A program made the translations under genes and the position numbers. A stretch of DNA of 63,813 nucleotides, the filler included, from Octopus bimaculoides (lineage: Eukaryota), in the NCBI RefSeq assembly GCF_001194135.2. It is 5 parts of 5 records of this genome, joined end to end, with 100 filler letters (N's around TTAATTAATTAA, not from the genome) between each part and the next. Parts side by side here need not be neighbours in the genome. Positions count along the whole stretch, not along the records: positions 1 to 29,103 come from NC_068989.1; 4 more parts are not named here. The stretch is one strand, 5' to 3'. Position 1 is the first letter of the stretch; every line of letters begins with the position of its first letter. Below, one piece after another: positions 1-14,127 of this stretch. The notes below the pieces were generated by a model. It was not told where the DNA came from. It saw nothing but the letters and a program-made list of their open reading frames with translations, and searched no databases.

Positions 1-290
1 CGTTTTTTTATTTAGTATTTTTTCATTTGTCTTGCCCTTTTACAGTCTGTTGTGTCGCTGAATTTATACTGAGAACATATATTTTTTTCGTGGTTAGATG
101 ATTCGGCATCTATTTCTAGCATATAGGAGTCCACTTTTGCTGGTCATCCCTCCTATTTTTGTATGTGGCTCGTGTGTTCTCGTCTACGTTTGTTTGCAAT
201 GTCCTGTACCCAGATATGCACCTATACATACAGGTGGATGTCGGTATGCACATACCTGTACGTATATATGCATATACTCATTTACTTTTG

Positions 291-342
<52 letters not shown>

Positions 343-1479
343 CTTCCAGCATTTTTTCTACATTGTTGACCATGCACACAAACACAGAGTAGAAAATGTA
401 TATTGAGAACAGGGTATCCGCATATCAACACACAACGCAAGCACACATCAACACACACTCGCACGTATCAGCACGCACACAGCAGCACAGACACTTGTGC
501 GCATACTGCTTTTGCTCCTGTTACAACACATGTAAGAAGACTGGGTCTTTTGAATTCGATCCTTCTACGATGAACACTACCAAAAGTAAAACTAGTTTAT
601 ACCTGGCTTTCTAAACCGTCACTCGCAAGCGAGTATGACCGGCTAGCATGTACCATACTTTTGCTTCTTGTTTTATGCAGTCGTGGCCCTCCGGTCCTTA
701 ACCCAGTGGAGGATGTGTGACAGCTTAGTGAAGGAGAAAAAAGGGCTTCACCAGTACTGAGCTGGTACTTATTTTCAGCAGTGCAGACTGGAACAACGTT
801 AAGTGAAGTGCCTTGCTCTCTCGGTCCAGGAACCGAACCCACGATCTTGTGGTCATGAGCCAAACAACACCTTCACCACTTGGCCACGCACCTTCATATT
901 CTGATGAATATAGAGGAAAAACATTTGGCATGAAAGGTGCCAACCCCCTCCGCTCTCTCACGCACGCACACATGCATACTTACACCTTTAATATATTTGG
1001 TAAAGGAATCACTATGTTCAATTGTATTTGTGACCGTAAATATATTTCTAATCTGTGCATTATTCACATTTTCTCTGTTATATATATACGAGTTTTTGTT
1101 ATTCTGTTAATGTTTGGTGTTATTTTAAAAGCATCTATTGAAATAAGCTTTCTGTTTTTTTTATGCCTCAAAGAATTACTCGAACAAGAAAGAAGGGAAA
1201 AAAAAAAGAAATTACTCGATACATTTTGTAGAATTATTAATCCCATTAATGTAATTGTAAGCTGAAAACTTCACTCACAGCTACTCTGAGTTTGCGCAGT
1301 AGCGGTTAGTGAAGTTTTCAACCTGCACGTGAATGAATGATAGTATAGTCATCTGATTGATTTTATATTATTACTAATGATTTTATTTCTTTGAAATCAA
1401 TTCAGTCAGCTATAAATAACTTGTCGTTAGTCATTTTCTGAGGAATTTTCACGCCGGTCAGCTTAACTGCTTCATCGAT

Positions 1480-1648
1480 CGAACCAAAACGAAGCAGCCA
1501 CTACGTCAGTCTTTGGACAATCTGCGGCTCGTGGGACTTTCTCAGCGACACGCCCAAACGAAAAATTATTTTGAATTTTTTTAGTAGTGCGGCTCGCTTG
1601 TTGATGAACCGTGTGGCCCGCTTCTCGAAATAAGGTTGCCCATGCCTG
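1480..1648. mobile_element. hAT-like transposon end
   Basis: It ends in AAGGTTGCCCATGCCTG (hAT-type terminus) preceded by TGCGGCTC subterminal motifs. No partner TIR was found. Confidence 0.45.
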
Positions 1649-2205
1649 CTCTACGCGATCGCTGGGTCTGTTAGAAATGGCAGCTAGATCTCCCTCAAAC
1701 GATACACAATACTTGGAAAGAAAGAAAGAAAGAAAAAGATAAGATGGTTACAGTTTCAACGCCTTTAATCAGAATTTCCTCTTCAGTCAGGGTTGACCTG
1801 GGGTTAAACATCAACAATTTCCTATCAAATGAATGACCACTCAACTGTCCTAATATCTCTCCTCTTTCCTTTCCTCCTCTTTTCTCTTCCTCTTCTCTAT
1901 CCCCCTCTCTTTCTCACACACACATACTCAGTTGAAGTTGATTTCGTTATCTTGAGTGAACGACCAGCGCTACATCATTGATTTATTAGGACTTTAAGGT
2001 ACATGTTTGTTGTGGGGGAGAAGAAGGGATATGTGTAGTCGATTGACTTCGACCTCAGTTTGATACCTGGACTAGTGTTTCCAGTGCCAGAGGGGATGAA
2101 GAGAGATGTTGGTCTCCGATGGGATTTGAACTAAGTGACAAAACTAAAATTACTGTAAGGCATTCTTTCATTCAGTCATTCTGGTACATATGCCTTTTTC
2201 TGCCA

Positions 2206-2333
2206 CGCCACCATCGTCTTATTGAGCCGACGCAGACGACCGCCTCCACCACCATCGTCTTATTGAGCCGACGCAGACGACCGCCTCCACCACCATCGTC
2301 TTATTTTTATCCAACGCAGACGTCAACCACCAC
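2206..2333. repeat. 41-bp tandem repeat, about 3 copies
   Basis: CCATCGTCTT starts at 2211, 2252 and 2293. The first two copies are identical. Confidence 0.9.
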
Positions 2334-3039
2334 TTTTTAGTGGGAAATTGGTTGACTCGTGGGACAGAATATTTTGTCATACTCCGGCTCTCTACGTTCT
2401 GATTTCGAATAACGCCGAGGTTAATTCTACCTTCCATTTNNNNNNNNNNNNNNNNNNNNNNNNNNNNNNNNNNNNNNNNNNNNNNNNNNNNNNNNNNNNN
2501 NNNNNNNNNNNNNNNNNNNNNNNNNNNNNNNNNNNNNNNNNNNNNNNNNNNNNNNNNNNNNNNNNNNNNNNNNNNNNNNNNNNNNNNNNNNNNNNNNNNN
2601 NNNNNNNNNNNNNNNNNNNNNNNNNNNNNNNNNNNNNNNNNNNNNNNNNNNNNNNNNNNNNNNNNNNNNNNNNNNNNNNNNNNNNNNNNNNNNNNNNNNN
2701 NNNNNNNNNNNNNNNNNNNNNNNNNNNNNNNNNNNNNNNNNNNNNNNNNNNNNNNNNNNNNNNNNNNNNNNNNNNNNNNNNNNNNNNNNNNNNNNNNNNN
2801 NNNNNNNNNNNNNNNNNNNNNNNNNNNNNNNNNNNNNNNNNNNNNNNNNNNNNNNNNNNNNNNNNNNNNNNNNNNNNNNNNNNNNNNNNNNNNNNNNNNN
2901 NNNNNNNNNNNNNNNNNNNNNNNNNNNNNNNNNNNNNNNNNNNNNNNNNNNNNNNNNNNNNNNNNNNNNNNNNNNNNNNNNNNNNNNNNNNNNNNNNNNN
3001 NNNNNNNNNNNNNNNNNNNNNNNNNNNNNNNNNNNNNTA

Positions 3040-3047
3040 TATATGTA

Positions 3048-3079
<32 letters not shown>

Positions 3080-3293
3080 TGTATATGTTTGTGTTTGTCC
3101 CCCCAACATCGCTTGACAACCGATGGTGGTGTGTTTACGTCCCCGTAACTTAGCGGTTCGGCAAAAGAGGCGGATAGAATAAGTACTAGGCTCACAAAGA
3201 ATAAGTCCTGGGATCGATTTGCTCGACTAAAGGCGGTGCTCCAGCATGGCCACAGTCAAATGACTGAAACAAGTAAAAGAGTAATTCTAAAAA
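3040..3293 (+). mobile_element. SINE family A, 3' half
   Basis: Homologous to 15205-15375, with the tail ATGACTGAAACAAGTAAAAGA. Confidence 0.8.
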
Positions 3294-4885
3294 AGTCCGC
3301 GGTGCACAGTCTCAAGACAATTACCAGTCTGTCTTAAAAGCAGGAGCACAATGTTGGAAAATATAGTCTGTCGGTGTGCACATTAAGGGCTGACCCTGAG
3401 TATAAACAGCAACAACAACGCTACTATTACCGTTGTTTCTATTATCAAGCTGATTCTATGTTTCGGTGTAGATATACGAACCATCGATCTTATCTGCAAC
3501 TTGATAATCCGATACCCCTAACAAAACATGTGCAGAACTGGAAATATGACCGAACGAGGTGTGAAGTGTAGGTCCTTATTCAGTCCGTTAAGTATTTTGG
3601 TAATCAGTGCTGAATGCTTGTTTTATCTTTGCGGATGTTGCGTACATGATATACTGTCATGTAAGAGAATAGCTTAAAAATTCCGGACGATTTATGATAA
3701 ACAGTAATTCTTTACCAAAGAGTCAGACACCCCTCTGTCTCTAATTGAAGGAGCAGACTGTTTCAAAATCGTTGGCCCGTGATAATTGCCCCACTTGTTT
3801 CTTACCGCCTTTGCTGTGGCCTATTGTCACGATTATGCAATATGAGTATAAGCGTCCAGTAGAAAGGACATTCGTATATGCTGTTGGGATTGCGCTCCTG
3901 CTGAAACGCACACACAACGTCTCTCTCTCTTTCTCTCTCTCTCTCACAGATTTATTCTCTATACGTACAATAGAATACGCGGTATTCGTATAAAATAGAG
4001 CCGGAAATTATCAAACCGTAATTTTTTCGAAGTTTTATTTTCTAAGCACTGTACATACAAATCTGAAAATAGATTGGGACAGTTGTCCATCATCTTTGCT
4101 TTCTATAAAATTTCGTAAAAGTGGGGCTGGGAATCTCCCGTTCCCCGCTTCATAATCTACGATGCTTAAAGCATATAGATCCAAAGGAATAAGTTTTGGA
4201 AGGTAATTCCCGACTCTATTGTATAGGTCTACTGAAAACGCTCTTTCGTACATTAGCACAAAAACCATATTGGCCGTACTCCGACTTTTTTTTTATGACA
4301 GAGATGAGGAAGAACTATGCCCCATAACACTTTCCAAGGTCTTTGTGATTCGTAGAATGAAGTAGGGAGTAGAAGTTTGACCCTTAATGCGTATTTTCAG
4401 CCAAACTTATCTTTTATCACAAAGGGCTTGGACGGTGGTGGTAGACCAGACGACAGATGAAACATGTGCTCATATATGTTCGTGTAGGTACGCACGCACT
4501 TTCACACATGCGAGTAGCATGTTAACACTGCATGTTAAGATATACCTTTGTGTTGTTGTTTAGCACCGAGTCAGTCCTGAGAGAGTAGACTTATCATCAA
4601 AGAGATTTCAGCCGTGACCATAACGTCTTTCTCTCTTGTGCAGAACCACATTGTCCGTGTAAAATGTGTGACTCGAGGGAGACTTGGCTTCTATTTCCAG
4701 CAGGACCAGCGATTATGTACTAACTTCCTAGTTGGCTCAATGTGTATGCGTGCAGGTGTAAAGGCATATACATACGTACAGGCACGTCCTGCATTGTGCA
4801 TGGAAATGCTTCTTTTATTCATTTCCGTTAATTGAAGAACACCACCACCCTCTGTCTGTCTATCTATCTATCTCTACACATACAC

Positions 4886-5218
4886 GGAGGCGCAATGGCC
4901 CAGTGGTTAGGGCAGCGGACTCGCGGTCATAGGATCGCGGTTTCGATTCCCAGACCGGGCGTTGTGAGTGTTTATTGAGCGAAAACACCTAAAGTTCCAC
5001 GAGGCTCCGGCAGGGGATGGTGGCGAACTCTGCTGTACTCTTCCACAACAACTTTCTCTCACTCTTTCTTCCTGTTTCTGTTGTGCCTGTATTTCAAAGG
5101 GTCAGCGTTGTCACATTGTGTCACGCTGAATATCCCCGAGAACTACGTTAAGGGTACACGTGTCTGTGGAGTGCTCAGCCACTTGCACGTTAATTTCACG
5201 AGCAGGCTGTTCCGTTGA
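4886..5218 (+). mobile_element. tRNA(Arg)-derived SINE family B
   Basis: Head GGCGCAATGGCCCAGTGGTTAGGGCAGCGGACTCGCGG...GGTTTCGATTCCC with a TCG anticodon-like loop. Related copies lie at 6622-6835, 46695-46812 and 54002-54270. Confidence 0.82.
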
Positions 5219-6176
5219 NNNNNNNNNNNNNNNNNNNNNNNNNNNNNNNNNNNNNNNNNNNNNNNNNNNNNNNNNNNNNNNNNNNNNNNNNNNNNNNNNN
5301 NNNNNNNNNNNNNNNNNNNNNNNNNNNNNNNNNNNNNNNNNNNNNNNNNNNNNNNNNNNNNNNNNNNNNNNNNNNNNNNNNNNNNNNNNNNNNNNNNNNN
5401 NNNNNNNNNNNNNNNNNNNNNNNNNNNNNNNNNNNNNNNNNNNNNNNNNNNNNNNNNNNNNNNNNNNNNNNNNNNNNNNNNNNNNNNNNNNNNNNNNNNN
5501 NNNNNNNNNNNNNNNNNNNNNNNNNNNNNNNNNNNNNNNNNNNNNNNNNNNNNNNNNNNNNNNNNNNNNNNNNNNNNNNNNNNNNNNNNNNNNNNNNNNN
5601 NNNNNNNNNNNNNNNNNNNNNNNNNNNNNNNNNNNNNNNNNNNNNNNNNNNNNNNNNNNNNNNNNNNNNNNNNNNNNNNNNNNNNNNNNNNNNNNNNNNN
5701 NNNNNNNNNNNNNNNNNNNNNNNNNNNNNNNNNNNNNNNNNNNNNNNNNNNNNNNNNNNNNNNNNNNNNNNNNNNNNNNNNNNNNNNNNNNNNNNNNNNN
5801 NNNNNNNNNNNNNNNNNNNNNNNNNNNNNNNNNNNNNNNNNNNNNNNNNNNNNNNNNNNNNNNNNNNNNNNNNNNNNNNNNNNNNNNNNNNNNNNNNNNN
5901 NNNNNNNNNNNNNNNNNNNNNNNNNNNNNNNNNNNNNNNNNNNNNNNNNNNNNNNNNNNNNNNNAAGGTCTTGCGCCGTGACACTAAATCGGAAACCACG
6001 TGGTTGCAAAACGAGCTTTTCTTAACCACACACACACACACACACACAATAACTAGCAACGACCGAGTTGTCTGCACTAAAATAAGACGATAAGAATTAA
6101 CTTGTAAATCTTTTTTTTATCCATAATTATTGACCTTTCATCTCATAGATAACATTCTATAGTTGGATAACTACTA

Positions 6177-6211
<35 letters not shown>

Positions 6212-8200
6212 TAATATCTCTTATATAGTGTTACTTACAGCTGTGCAATTAATTTTTATTTTGTTTCGTTTTCCGATTATATTCCTGTTCGTCTGTTTGA
6301 TGGTATTCTTTCTTGTGTTTACGGAATATCTGAAGATTTCCTTACCAAAATGAAATCATTGGTCACCGTGTAGTATCAAAGCCGGCATTTCTTCGGTATT
6401 GGTCTACAGAGTATCGATGTGAGGAGACATCATCATTAACCCTTTTGTTCTGCCCCCCTCCCCATTTTTTCTTATCTCTCATGAGGGAAAGTTGTATTAG
6501 TGAATGACGTCATATACCAATACCGAAGGATTGCAGTCAAAGATTTCCAGTTTGGTTAATTAATAGGCGCAGGATTGGTTGTGTGTTTAAGAAGGTCGCT
6601 TTGCAGCCATGTGGTTTCGGGCAACGGACTCGCGGTCATAGGATCACGGTTTCGATTCCCAGACAGGGCGTTGTGAGTGTTTATTGAGCGAAAACACCTA
6701 AAGCTCCACGAGGCTCCGGCAGGGGATGGTGGCGAACCCTGCTGTACTCTTTCACCACAACTTTCTCTCGCTCTTACTTCCTGTTTCTGTTGTGCCTGTA
6801 ATTCAAAGGGCCAGCCCTGTCACACTCTGTAACAAACTGCAAGATTTCTAACCTACACAGGTTAATGTGTGAAAAGCAAAATAGAAATTTTGGAAGAAGT
6901 TTCTATAAAACTAGTTTTTTAAACATCGAATGACTATGGGAATCCGCCAGAGTGAAATAGTAATCGAGGGTTCCATAGATAAGAAATGGTTGAGAGCCTC
7001 TGGTGTAGAATAAAGTTCACAGCTGATATAGAAGCTAGTTAGGCAGAGTTTGTTAAAGGGGTTACGGATATAGACCCTGCTCGATGTTACTTCGGTGATC
7101 GAACGAGAACCGGTGAGATATACATATACAAAATAGTAAGACACACGGGGCAGTTTTTGCCTTAGCGAGGGGTACTTTTCACTTAGATGTCCTCAGCCAA
7201 TACTCGTATGTAAAATATGAAGTTTGAGGGGCAACGGCAGACGTCTGTAAAAGATGGAAGAATAAATGAAATGGGTCAATCACACACACACATACACACA
7301 CACCTTGATGCATACGAGTGGATATATACATGAAGACTCCAGCAAAAGAAACGAACACACGCACACATGCTGCAGGCAGTCTGACGTAAGATGCGCGCGG
7401 ACACACACACACGCACGCACGCACATGTGGAGGGCAGAGGGAATTATGTGCGTTACATGGGGAAGAAATCAGCTGAGATTGATGATGCCTTACAAGTATC
7501 CAACTTGCTAATGCAGAGTTCGCAAGTTCGAATCCCATCGGAGTGGATTTTGCGTTTCATTTTTGCCTCCTTTGGTGAAAATGAATTTTGTAACCAAGTA
7601 CTAAGATCAATTAAACTAATTACAAACATCTCCCAAAATGCTGTATCTGAAGCTTGAAAATGTTGTTCTTACTATTTAGCCCCATCCGTTGCCATCTCGT
7701 CTATTTGCTACGGGAAGAAAAACAAGACCATACTGACCAATGTGTCCTTTTGTTAGAACTGTGGGTGAGATTTGGTTACTGTTCGTAGCAGATGGAGCGA
7801 GAGCTTGCCTTGGGGTAATGGAACATATATATGTGTGTGTACTTATATGATTGTGTGTCTTTCATTTACTATACTTTGTGGACTTGTTCTATCTTCCTCT
7901 TTCTCTCTTACACTAGACTCATTTTATATATTTCAATCATTCTTTAATTTTCTCTGTCCACATTTCCGCCTATTTACACCAGTTACGCATCAGTAAAAAA
8001 AACCTCGAACAGGAAGCGATTTCTTTAAACCAGCAAAAACAAAAACAAAACAAGAAAAATGCTTTGTAGTAGAATGGTAGAACACGGATTTTTGCGATAC
8101 CTCTTTCCACACCTCTACCTTTTGTGGAAGGCAATTAACGTGTGCTATTGTTCTGTATATTGATTGATCAGTCAACATTTCAGGTGTGTATGTGTATATA

Positions 8201-8527
8201 TTCTTTTATTCTTTTACTTGTTTCAGTCATTTGACTGCGGCCATGCTGGAGCATCGCCTTTAGTCGAGTGGACGCAAACACACCAGCATCGGTTGTCAAG
8301 CGATGTTGAAGGGACAAGCAGAGACACACAAACATAAACACACACATACATATACAAATATGCACATATATACGACGGGCTTCTTTCAGTTTCCGTCTAC
8401 CAAATCCACTCACAAGGCTTTGGTCGGCCCGAGGCTATAGTAGAAGACACTTGCCCAAGGTGCCACGCAGTGGGGCTGAACCCGGAACCATGTGGTTGGT
8501 AAGCAAACTACTTGCCACACAGACACA
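8201..8527 (-). mobile_element. SINE family A
   Basis: Reverse-complement copy of the family A head and tail, with an internal deletion. Confidence 0.8.
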
Positions 8528-8863
8528 CGGTAACGGACATGCGAAAAAATACTCAAGACTGGAAGTGGAGTGTAAATAATTTAGTTCGGTTAAGTACCCA
8601 CAAACGTTGTTCTGTCTGTTTCTCTAAGCATCCATATTGATTCGCATTTTCATTATGTCAATCAAAACGCCTAACTGAAGGAATAGATGTTGCAAAGCGT
8701 GCGGAAGTAGTTTTAGCCGATATATGTGTGTAGTTCTTTGTATATGCATGTTTATGTATACATATAAACGTATGGATAGATAGTTAAATGTATGCTTGTT
8801 ACATGTGTATGTATATTATGAATATGTGTGTATGTGTATGGTCCGCTTTGAAATTTGGATCTA

Positions 8864-9074
8864 CAGTAATCCCTCGACTATCGCGAGTGTTACGTTACAA
8901 CCCCCCCCCCCCGCGATTAGTGAAAATCTGCGAAGTAGAAACAGTATTGGACTGTATTTCTTTTATTATTTTTATCGTCTGTATAGATTTATTTTATTAT
9001 AAATGCAAAACACCACGGAGGAATCGACGTAAGCTTGAATGGTGATAAACTGCGATATAGCGAGGGATTATTTG
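8864..9074. mobile_element. pogo/Tigger-like MITE
   Basis: TA/CAGTAATCCCTCG...CGAGGGATTATTTG/TA terminal inverted repeats with a TA duplication. Confidence 0.8.
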
Positions 9075-9362
9075 TATTCCCGAGTTCTAATTGCTAATTG
9101 AAGCTTTTGTAATAGAAATTTCGTCCCTGGGGCTCAGAGGCATTTCAGATACGACTATCCTCTCATATTTAGACCAGGTATGGGGCGCCCTTTTAGCTCT
9201 AGGGTGAAATAAGACTGTATAAGAACCTATGGGGCACACTGGAAAAAATAACGAACCTTTAATTTTATGAATTCATAAATGTGAAACAGAGGGAGTCTCA
9301 TATCGCTCATTTAGACAATAGGATGTGATTTGAGGTCGATTTGGCTTCGGTTTCTAACAGGT

Positions 9363-9697
9363 GAAGGCGCGTGGCTTAGTGGTTAGGGCATTCGGCTCAA
9401 GATCGTAAGGTCGTGAGTTCGATTCCAGGGCGACGCGTTGTGTCCTTGAGCAAGACACTTCATTTCACGCTGCTGCAGTCCACTCAGCTGGCAAAAAATG
9501 AGTAGTACCTGTATTTCAAAGGGCCGGCCTTGTCACGCTGTGTGTCACGCTGAGTCTCCCTAAGAACTACGTTAGGGGTACACGTGTCTGTGGATTGCTC
9601 AGTCACTTGCACGTTAATTTCATGAGCAGGCTGTTCCGTTGATCTTATCAGCTGGGACCTTCGTCGTCATAACCGACGGAGTGCTCCATTTTTGTCC
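9363..9697 (+). mobile_element. SINE family B with a 12-bp target-site duplication
   Basis: TTTCTAACAGGT at 9351-9362 and 9698-9709 flanks a tRNA-headed copy. Confidence 0.85.
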
Positions 9698-10514
9698 TTT
9701 CTAACAGGTAGCGCGGCCAGTTGTAGGTTCCCTTTTCTGCCCGTGGAAATTGTTGTTTAGCTCCAAAGTCAACCTTTAATCAAAAATATAAAGTCGCTTC
9801 AGCCATGACCACCCCATATTTTATTTATACAATACATACTTTACCAACGATGCCTTTTCTTCCTTCTTCCTTCTTTTTCTTTTTTTGTTTGTTTTTAGAG
9901 TTTGAAAGATATTTATTTGCTGCTATTTCCAGCAAATCAAGTAGCTACGTAGAGACTCCCCGATCAGTAGATTCCCGGAAATGTTTTGTTTCCATATATA
10001 TATATTAGTATCAATAGTTTCTCTTCTATTTGATGTGAATAACATATAAGAAATTTTTGATAAAATAGCGATCGAACGAGCTAAGCCACTATTTGTATCG
10101 ATATTTTGTGTAAATCAGGAGAGAGAAAGAAAAAAGCAGTTTTTCGAAACCAAAATTTGTATTTGCCGCCAAAATTGTGAACGAGGTTTTGTGTTGATGG
10201 TTTTTTTTAAATACTATTAGCAACCTTCGTGGTTTAGCTGAGCTATCACTTCTGTTTGATTGCTGTATACGTAGCCCCGGTCACTATGAACTGTCAGTTG
10301 TCGGCTTTTTCATGATGAAAAAGCCGACGAATAGTTTAGGGTGGCGATGGTGTTTGACTGCTAATTCTAGCAGATTTAGCGACCGCCTAGAGAGAGGGAC
10401 TCACTCGTTCGTGGCTCGTTTGGTGTATGGGCTTTAGATTAGGGAGAGAGTGCGATGTGTTTGAACTGATAGTTTATGGATGAAAATAATAACCCCTTTA
10501 CAACCGATTCGTTT

Positions 10515-10553
<39 letters not shown>

Positions 10554-11975
10554 GCTTCATTCTCTCTCTTGCCGTGTGAACAGGCGGTTTATGCCTTTTC
10601 TCAGTTCTTAATCCAACTACATCCACACACGATAATAAAATAGGCAATTTCTCTTGACCTGTATGATCTGTCTGTCTACCCAGATCACAAGCTTTATTCA
10701 GTGCGTACATGTATTGTTTTGGTCTATCTAATTAGGAATCTTGTGTCCAGTGTGTATGCAGCTGTCCAGTAATTATTTTCCCTTTAACACAACTTCACAA
10801 TCAAGGATCATGTGTAGTTCCTTTATCCATTCTCCTCGCTCTTTTCTTCATCCAATATTTGTTCTTCTACATTCCTCTGCCACATTCCTCATGTCATTTG
10901 TCTTCGAACAAAATCGAAGTGGTCGAATGATTAAGGTGTATTGGACTACAGGCTCGCAGTTCATGAATTCAAAACCACCACAGGCATTCTGTTATGTTCC
11001 CGGACAACACACGCCAGAAATAGATACCAGATCTTCTGGGAATGTTACCAGCGATAGTCAGGCATCCCTTCCAAAGGCAGTTTAAATCTCTTGTGTTTAA
11101 CGCCATGGAATCAGAACGAAGCACAAAGCATTGACGTTTTTCTTTTCCCTTCCATTTTGCTGTTTTTACTTCACTAATCATAATTACTGGTTTAAGTTAC
11201 TTAACTGCTTATGGTGATGTCTTTCATGTAATATCTTTGACATTTGTGTATCTTTGCTTTGTTTTGTTTTTCCTTCTCAACATGTTTGTGAATGTCATCT
11301 GGTACGCAGATGGTAAACTCTCTAATCTCTTTGGAAAGTTGTGAAAGTCACATCTTCACATCTCTCATTGAAAATCTTCACTTCAAGGCCAATAGAAATA
11401 ATCACCCATTGATAACACAAGCTTTGATTCACGAATTAAATCAGCTCTATTTCATTTATGTCTTTCAATTAAATATATCTTTCTTCTTATCTACGTTTAC
11501 ATACACGCAGTATAATGGAAGACGTATATATCCAAACACACTTTTAAGCCTTTGCTCACAGGAACATTTTTTTCTACTAGCCATTTTTCTAACAAATAAA
11601 TTCAACTGAGTAGTTTCTATGAACGTCCTGCGCTTTTTTTTCTGACCCCGTGTATCCACATTATCCAATGTGATTTTAGATACCTTTTTGGGGTATAGGG
11701 TTTGATTTAAGGACCATTTAGTTGCTCAGGACGAACGACCGCGTACATATCTTCTTTTGAGAAAGAAGGAAAGAACATTCCCAAACTTTGAACGTAATAC
11801 ACAAGTCATAAACTGTTTTACATACACGCTTTAACTAGTAATAGTGGTGGTGGTGGTTGCTATAGCTGCGTGCGTGCGCGCACGTCTGTTTGTGTGAGGG
11901 AGAAGGAGAGAGAGAGAAAGAGGTAGGGTTGCGAGAGCTGTGGGAGTGTACGGACGACTGCCACGAGAGAACAAG

Positions 11976-12006
<31 letters not shown>

Positions 12007-13024
12007 ATGTGGCTTAAACACCCGAAAGTAATGAAATTTAGCTCCACCAACGATTCGGGTTTCTTGTTTCTGTAACCGAAGCTGGCCATTTCTATTCTGT
12101 ACCATTGCGTCTCTTTGTAAAATAACTTCTTATGTTTCGCTGGTCAAATAACTTTACGCCGGTCTGGTCACCTTCCTCTCTCTCTCTCTCTCTCTCTTTC
12201 TTCCCTCTCTGCATACACCTAACTTTCTCACTCGTTGTTTAGCTTATTTCGAAGAGAAGCAAATACACTCTCCTTCTTCTTTCCTCTTTCTCCTCCCCTC
12301 TCTCTGCATTCTCCTACATCTCTTGTTCTCTTGACATTCGTTTGCATACGTTCTTCGTCAACCCCTTTCGTTCATTCATTCTCTAATACCCCTAAAGTAG
12401 GTATAAGCATATTATAGTGCTAAACGTGGGTTTTGCGGCAATGTTTCTCAACCTTTTAGACTTCACGGCGCTCTGCACTTCGCATGAAAAGCATAAAAAT
12501 TGAAGTTAAGACTTTAGAAAAAAATATATATATAGAAAATTATTGCTTGCCTCGTTTTATTATTTATAACACATTTTTCGAAATATTAAGGCATTAAGTA
12601 TAGATTTTCTAAAGCTTTAAATTATTTTTTAAAACTCCACAGTGCACCAGTGCTCTTTCTGTTTGAGATCTGCTAATTTTCTGTGTCAAATACTTCCAAA
12701 ATAGGTTGTTTTATGATTCGAGAACAAGCTAAGTGGCGGAGGGGTAAGCAAGCTTCACTGATTATTGCTGATGTGTTCGGACTTCTCCAAAAGTCCGCGA
12801 ATACATCGGACCGAAATGATTGTAGGCTAATTTTGTATGTTGTATTTTAAATAACAATTTGGTTTGACCCAGTGAAACCTAACTCGTCAGGTATAGGCGA
12901 CCGAATGAAGAGATGAAAGAAGTTCAAATGGCTACTCGAGCTTATGCTACTATTGGTCAAAACAGGTCACATGGTGTTGTTGGTGTTGGTATTCAAATAC
13001 CAGCGACATCAAATACATGTATGC

Positions 13025-13062
<38 letters not shown>

Positions 13063-13993
13063 CAGAATGGGACAAGAACGCAAAACATCAAGACAGTTAG
13101 GTGATACAAGAAAGGGACAAAACATCCAGAGGGACGATACAAAGAAAACACGGACAGGTCATTCGGAGTTTTCTCTCTTCAGTCGAGACCCAGATTATTT
13201 TTGCAATTTCGGTTGGTTATTCTCGATATTGCTCCAATCTGACCAGTCCCAGTCCCAAGGAAAAACTAAGATAAGAGCATTAGATTCCTTGGAAGAAAGC
13301 TGTATATATATAGAGATATGCGTGTACGCTTAATGTGGTAGAAGTTGGCTTAGTCCATGATTGATCGCACTTGTTCTACGATGAACCAGCTTACAAGCCG
13401 AAGAATTACTCATTCCGAACGAATATCAAGATACTCTGCGTTGAAGCCCCCTAAACTAATTTTACTCCTCCTTGTCCTTTTGTTTTCAGTCTTCCTCTTC
13501 ACATTGTACGTGTTTATAAGAGATGTTAATCTCAAGACGGACACTACAGTTAATGTGGATTTCGTGATTTATATGCTTTAAGTATCATACACAGATTACT
13601 GTTTTAGACTAATATTACTTCTGTTGCTCTTAAGGAACTTTCATTCAGCTCACCGGCTATCTGCGACATCAGTAATTTTTTCAGTCGCTGTTTTCTTGTC
13701 TCGGTGACGATGGATTTTGTCAATACATGCGTTTCTTATGGGTACTTTGCTACATACGAAGCTCAAAGAAGCAGAAATGCCTTTCAATCGATATTGTCAC
13801 TGCTGCCTGACAATTTTCGTCTGTTACTGATATACACTACGTTTCTAAGAGATGTTATCTCAGGACGAATACCGCAGTTAATTTGGCTTTCTGTGATGCA
13901 TCTACATTAAGTATAATGCATAGATTGCTGTTTTAAGCTAATACAGCTTTCCTTTGCACATAACGAATAACTATTTTCAGTTTTTCCTTACAG

Positions 13994-14024
<31 letters not shown>

Positions 14025-14093
14025 ATACACGGGTCGTCCCTGAATTTCTGTATGAGTAAATACAATATGAGTGAGAATTTCTGTATGTATAAT

Positions 14094-14127
<34 letters not shown>

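Noticed and set aside
4886-4960. tRNA-like heads (Arg-type) at several SINEs
   Set aside because: They run into SINE bodies and lack a complete cloverleaf, so they are not tRNA genes.
13150-13195. CTGAAGA...CGAAT hammerhead-like motif on the minus strand
   Set aside because: The core after stem II deviates and there is no clear UH cleavage site. It is probably a decayed pLTR.
13357-13581. 74-aa ORF with a transmembrane-like stretch
   Set aside because: The hydrophobic run comes from a pyrimidine-rich tract next to repeat DNA. There is no recognisable family and no convincing donor site.
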